Origin: Octopus vulgaris
Lineage: Eukaryota
NCBI GenBank assembly: GCA_951406725.2
Contig: OX597829.1
Location: forward strand, 54,436,001-54,500,000
Length of the DNA: 64,000 nucleotides
Direction of reading: 5' to 3'
Part shown: positions 32,640-64,000 of the stretch, piece after piece
Position numbering within the stretch: position 1 is the first letter of the stretch
Layout: each line of letters starts with the position of its first letter
The notes under the pieces: model-generated
What the model was told of the DNA's origin: nothing
Databases searched by the model: none
What the model saw: only the letters and a program-made list of their open reading frames with translations
Position numbers and translations under genes: made by a program

Positions 32640-33340
32640 GACTGAAGGAGACGGACGTAACTGTACACACCCCAATAAACACTGCTTGTCACAGCTGACT
32701 GGTTTACAGAATGCAGTCAGAAGAACACTTGGAAGCTTTGCTAAAAAGTTCAGTTAAATTTGGCAAAAACACTATAGAATCTTATGAAATGCTCCAGGCA
32801 CAAGAGGTTCAAGGGTTGTGGAGAGGTGAGGAGATACAATGAGGTGTATGGGGGGGGGGGGGAGAAAGGATGTCAGAACATCAGAGCTGGTTGAGAAAAT
32901 TTGCAATTTTCTGGAGGAAAACTGCCATGTGTCTATAAAGACAAAACCCATGCAATTTGGAGTTTTGTGTGGAAACTCTGCACTAATTATTCATGAAGAC
33001 ACAAAATTTGGATGGGTTTTTCTCCCCAGAGTGATCAGTGACAAGCATCTTGGCAAGCAAAACTTGAAAGGGATGAACATCAAAACTGTCCCTCATTTTC
33101 CCATTAGTTCAGACTTGCTCCCTGTGACTTTAGTTGTTCCCCAACCTGAAGGAGAAGTCATTTTTAAGATGGAGTCTGTGACAAGGGTCCTGGACACCTT
33201 CACTCTTGAGGACTTCTGTGGGGCCTTCACAAATGGGCTGGGGTGCTACAACAGATGCACTGGAGATTAGAGTTTTATACCACTTTGAAATCAATATCTC
33301 TCTTGAAAAAGTCGGTAAACTTCTGGAATGTCTCTTATTC
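32640..33340 (+). mobile_element. Highly decayed mariner-like relic
   Basis: ORF 32839..33270 has GRKDVRTSELVEKI and IKTVPHFPISSDLLP (cf. HPPYSPDLAP). Confidence 0.6.
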
Positions 33341-35065
33341 AGATTTCTGTGCAAATGTGAGAGTTGTAGGCTTCAAGCTATATTACTGGACACAGCTGTA
33401 AAGCTTTCTTGTCAGTTGGCCATGCATCAGGAAGACATTACAACTCAGAACATAAAAACAAAAAGCGTTTTGTACGCAATTCCATAGCAATGGGAAGAAT
33501 AGCTGCAGAAGATTTAATTGTGACAAGTTTCAAATGAAAGATCAACACAGAGACACAGCACATGTAAATGATGGCCTTTCCTATGATTTAGCCATCGAAT
33601 AGTTTTTGAATCCAATGTTGGCAGATTTAATCAGTTGTAACAGTTTTCCTGATATTCTGCAACTTGCTGCAGTAGACAAGCAACATGCTGTGAATCACCG
33701 TTTCTTGTCCTTCCCTCTCTGATATGAACACAAAGCAAAAACTAAATGCCAAAATCTGAAATAATAGCCGTAAAAGAGTATTTTACTGCAGGCAAATATT
33801 GTGATTGACCACCCGTTAGCTGTTACAATGCATAACACGCTACAAAATACTAAATGGATATATATGAATGCTATGTAAGCGATCAACATGATACCAGGCC
33901 AAAAATTAAGAAAGGGAATTTCAGGAACAATGCACTCTGTAAAGTGGGTGACATTAAGAAATGCATCCAGCCACAGTAACCAGACCAAAACAGACAATAG
34001 AGCTTGGGGCAGACCTGTGGTGTGCCAATTCCTGTCAAACTGCTCAACCCATGCTTGCATGGAAAATGGATGTTATGACCACAAGGACTCAATGGAAGGT
34101 ACTGGGACCTGAACACAAGTCTGAAAGCAAAACATTTATTTACACAGTGTAGATTTCCGGTTTACCAGTTCCAATCAAACCATCTGACCCATGCCAGCAT
34201 GGAAAGCAAACATTAAATGATGATAGTGTGTGTGTGTGTGTATGTATGTATGTATATACATACATACATACATATATAAAAAGTTATTTAGCCATTGACA
34301 CATGCACCAATACAGCTGAGATCTGCATTCACTGATATCTGCATTACCTCTTGATGCCAACTCAACTGAGACCACTGCTTCTGGTCTGACAATACAAACT
34401 TCCTTTTGTAAAGTGATTTCAATTAAAACCTTCCATCAAAATTTCCTAATTTATGTTCCAAAGAAGATTTTCAAAATGACAAACTTATTCCTCATTATTT
34501 TCAAAATTAATTGAAAAAAAGGCAATGTTTTTCTACAAATGTATGGTAACAAAAGGGTTAAAGTGATCTAAATTAAAATTTTCCATCAAAATTTCTTGTT
34601 AATTTGTTTCAAATGACAGATTAATAATGACAGAATTATTTTGCTAAATTCTTCATTATTCTCAATATTACTTGAAGCAAGTAGGGAAAGTAGCTGGTCC
34701 TTCAATGGATGCTCAGGAATAGTAGGGTAATGAAAATTTATGCAAAATAACTTTTGCCACATCTTCTGAAGAATAACTAAAAGACATTGATAGCATTTGC
34801 TGTTGAGATGAGTCTGCCAAAAGCACAACAACCAAAGCCATACTGACTTCAAATCTTTTAAAGTCTGCTAGCAGTTTTTATCAATCCCTATTTGTTAAAT
34901 TGCCAGGTGAAATAGCATAAATGTAAATACAGAAACACGCACAACAGATTTCCATATGCTTGTCTGACCCATGCAAGGATGGAAAAGTGGACATTAAAAC
35001 AATGATGTTACTGATGATGATGATAATTTACAGTTACTGAATTTTACTTACAATGTATTGGTTGA

Positions 35066-35296
35066 GCGGCGAGCTAGCAGAATCGTTAGCACGTCGGGCG
35101 AAATGCTTAGCGGTATTTCGGCTGCCGTTACGTTGTGAGTTCAAATTCCGCCGAGGTCGACTTTGCCTTTCATCCTTTCGGGGTCGATAAATTAAGTACC
35201 AGTTAAGCACTGGGGTCGATGTAATCGACTTAATACCTATGTCTGTCCATGTTTGTCTCCTCTATGTTTAGCCCCTTGTGGATAATAAAGAAATAG
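35066..35296 (+). mobile_element. Young tRNA-derived SINE with 11-bp TSD (family copies at 53788-54012 - and 63310-63523 -)
   Basis: TSD gtattggttga at 35055-35065 and 35297-35307; A-box and B-box (GAGTTCAAATTCC); conserved core GCCTTTCATCCTTTCGGGGTCGATAAA; CpGs retained. The 63310 copy has TSD gcccttcctaatgcc and interrupts another SINE. Confidence 0.85.
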
Positions 35297-38158
35297 GTAT
35301 TGGTTGACCAAAGAATCAAGTAGAAAACACTTGTTCAGGGCACCATAATGAGATTGAACCTGGAACCATGAAGTAGCAAAACAAATTTCTTAACCACACA
35401 ATCATGCCTGTATCTATTGCATCAAGAATTGAGTTCAATCTCAGGATTCATGTGAAATGCCAGTTTAACAACCCAACCACACACACACACACACACACGT
35501 CTTTGAATCTCCTTATCTTGACAATGCAAGATGCTTGTAAACAAGTGTCGTCGCCATCATATGAGCTGTAACTTTCATTTCCAACCTTCTCTGAAAAAAC
35601 ATATTCAGTAAAATTATTACCTGACACAGAAGCAGGTAAGTGTTGGTGACAGGTAGGGCATCCAGCCGTAGAAAATATGCCTCAGTCAATTCTGTACAAC
35701 CCAAGTGGGCATGGAAAAATGGATATTAAAATGAGACATGATTTTACAGTATATTTAAGATCTGAAGACATAACAAAAATTCATTGAAGAAGTTTCTAAT
35801 TTAGACAAAAATTAAATTCCTAGAAGTAAAGCTTAAAAGGTGTTTGATGAAAATTTGGCCAAAACATTATGCAGAATGAATGACTACACAGCTTCTTTAG
35901 TTTGGTCATAGAATTTCAACCCATAAAACAAAATATGTCAACCACTAAACCAATAAATAAAAGAAAAAAAAATTTGGAAGTGTTAAATTTATTGGTGCAG
36001 ATAAATCCAATACAAGTGGTAAAATATTTTCAAAATATGACAAGTAAAGATATAGAAAAGTTCATTTGGCAGAAGTTTGGAATACATTAGTATGGAGAGA
36101 TCTACAATATCATAGTTTTTTTTATGTCAGTCCCCAGGGGTTCTTTCTTTTTGTTCTTGGTGACTAGTGCTTCCATTGGATTCAATAATAACAGTAATTT
36201 AGAAATAAACATGTATCTGAGTAATAAACAAGTTCATTAAAAAATTATAAAAAGTGTACAATATCTGGCACATTTTGGATTTGAACAGACAATGATTTGA
36301 GTGAAATAGAAACATTTTCCTTTAGGAAATGTGAAAATGCATTTGTCCAAGAATATCAGTAGCAACAGCAGTAAAAATTTCATGATTGGGGTATAATTGA
36401 TTAAAATCAATTATGCTAATGAAAATAAATTTCCTGCTTAAGCCAGGAATTTCTAGGAGAGTGGAATGAGATTACATGCTCAAGTCTTCTTCAATTTGAT
36501 GTAATTAAGATTTCAAACATGGTCATAGATTCAACTTACCAAGAGCAGTGACCATACAGTGTCATAATAATTTCAATAGCAATGTATATGATCCTATAAA
36601 CATAACAAGGTGTGGCAAGAAACTTGCTTCCCAAACACATAGTTCTGGGTTCAGTCCCACTGCATGGCACCTTGGGCAAGTGTCTTCTACTATAGCCTCA
36701 GGCTGACCAAAGAAGCCCGTTGTATGTATATATATATATTTTTTGCGTGTCTGTGTTTGTCTCCCCACCACCACCACTGCTTGACAACTGATTTTGGTGT
36801 GTTTACATCCCCGTAACTTAGCAGTTCAGCAAAGGAACCCAATAGATTAAGTACTAAGCTTACAAAGAATAAGTCCTGGGGACGATTTGTCCAACTAAAG
36901 GCGGTGCTCTAGCATGGTCGCAGTCAAATGACTGAAACAAGAAAAGGAATATATTAGCCTTTATAACTGACTATAGAACCTTATTCACTAAATCAACTGA
37001 GATTATCTGCTTTAAATTATCTCATTAGTCAAAAAATTTAATTATAACGAAAGGCTTAATTTTCTTATTTTCTATAAAACATGTTTTATCTACAATTGAT
37101 ACCAAATAACAATGAAAGGTTTCTTTCAACATAAAGCAAAAATTGATTAAAGACCCAAGATGAAATAATTGAAGTATAAGTTTCTACAATTGATATAACA
37201 ATAATTTATCACATCTGTTCTTTTATTCAAAGCAGGTGTATTGTTTGCTCCACTCTTCAATATATTCGATGGAATACTTTTATTCAAATTGGAAATGTGA
37301 ACGCTTAACACAATTGACATTACAAATTAGAGATGTCTCGTTGCTAACTTTTCAACACTTACGTACATGGTGGATCTGCCAGTTAGCAAATCAGGTTTCT
37401 AAACATTTTTAGTTTTCAATTTAGTTTAAAAATTGTCCCCCATTTCGTTAAATGTTAAAATATTCAACATGAAATAGCCAAACAAAAAAGACAATTTATA
37501 ACAAATTAATTGATTACTTGCAAAAACAATTTCTTTACTTTGTCATGGACACGCACACAAGCTAGAATGCTGCAGCTGCATAAATTCTGATGCACATAGA
37601 TGTAGCTGCACCATCACCTGTAACTGAATTCTTGGGAAACACGAGTGAGAGAAAGAGAAAGAGTGTGTGTGTGTGTGTGTGTGCACGCATGCGTGTAGTG
37701 GTGGTGGGAGTCGAAGACGGGGAAAAGTAATATTTCTTGATAATGACTTTAATACAGTCTTAGAAATCTGAGACTGATTTCATTTATTACAATTTCCTTG
37801 AAACTAATGGAAATGTTGCCAGCACACATAGTAAATTCCATAAATGTCAAACATTCTATTAAATTACAGATTTTATTAAATGTTAAAAAAGACTAATATA
37901 TATCTAAAAAAAAAATGATATTTATGTATCAAGCTATTCTCCTAACATCATTTCATTTAAACAATTTGAATAATAGTTCTTTTTGAAATGATTTTTAAAA
38001 ATCAACTTATATATTAAAAGTTTATGTATATATATATAATATCTATGAAAGAGTTCTTTCACACATCTGAACAGAGTAAACAAACAAAAAAAAATGCACT
38101 TGAAATAATTCTGCTTTCCATTTATTTTCCACACGACAAAAATGGTAAGAACATTCAG

Positions 38159-62999
<24,841 letters not shown>

Positions 63000-64000
63000 T
63001 TTTGCTGTTTAAAACTGTAATATACAAATAGGTTTAAATCCATTGAAATAACAATAACCAAGCATTTGACTATATTCTACAAACAAGATACAAGCACTCA
63101 CCCACCACCCACTCCATTTCTAAGTTCCTGATCTGATAAAGTCACGTCAAGCAGTCTCTCATTTCATCTCTATCATCATCATTTAACATCCACTTTCCAT
63201 GCTGGCATGAGGTGGATGGCTTGACAGGAAATAGCAAGGCCAGGGGCTGCACCAGGTTCCATAGTCTGTTTTGGTTTGGTTTCTATGGCTGGATGCCCTT
63301 CCTAATGCCTATTTCTTTATTACCCACAAGGGGCTAAACACAGAGGGGACAAACAAAGGTATTAAGTAGATTAGATCGACCCCAGTGCGTAACTGGTACT
63401 TAATTTATCGACCCCGAAAGGATGAAAGGCAAAGTCGACCTCGGCGGAATTTGAACTCACAACGTAATGCAGATGAAATACCGCTAAGCATTTCGCCCGG
63501 CATGCTAACGTTTCTGCCAGCTCGCCCTTCCTAATGCCAACCACGCCATAGTTTTTACTGGCTGCTTTTTACATGGCACCAGCACCCACACCAATGCTTT
63601 TCATATGGCCCCTTGGTTTTAGGATTTCAATTCTGTAGTGGTGGGTGGGTTTTCTTGAGTACAGCAATGTGCCACATATCTCAGTCCTCTTTCCTCTCTT
63701 TCATAGGACCCAGCATTTTCAGATTGGCCTTCAATACTTTGTTCCATGTCTTCCTGGGTCTCCATCTTCCACAATTTCCCTCCACTTTAAGTGATCGGCA
63801 CTTCTTTATACAACTGACCTCAACATAATTAGATTTCATGAGTAAGATTTATGCAATAAAAACCTATTCATTAATTAACTTCTGTAATGATTATGTTTGT
63901 CTGTCAGAGCAACAAGAACCATTTAGTCATCATCGAGGATGATTAATGACTAATGATTAATGGTGGCTTTATTTAGAGTGAAGAAGGATTGTGCACTGTC

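Overview
Eukaryotic, AT-rich, microsatellite- and transposon-dense animal DNA. The SINE families and repeat landscape point to an octopus or other coleoid cephalopod, which is an inference. Two spliced genes lie tail-to-tail. On + are the last 8 coding exons of an SGLT-type sodium/sugar cotransporter (SLC5A family, 6769-26658; the 5' exons were not found and are probably upstream of the window). On - is a complete 8-exon spermidine synthase CDS (62999-38159, 290 aa). Introns and the intergenic space hold tRNA-derived SINEs, RTE LINE fragments, mariner and piggyBac relics and MITEs, Helitron/Helentron elements, a solo LTR with a 4-bp TSD and Penelope-like elements. Most ORF-track entries are microsatellite or SINE artefacts. 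The main unexplained signals are: (1) a dozen or so minimal type I hammerhead-ribozyme motifs, one with a fully canonical core, including a same-strand cluster between the two convergent genes; (2) a TSD-flanked element combining a tRNA/Pol III head with inverted hammerhead-bearing arms; (3) long intronic foldback hairpins; (4) an 18S rRNA 5' fragment in an intron; (5) substitutions in the amine-acceptor pocket of the spermidine synthase. All coordinates were read by hand and no searches were run.
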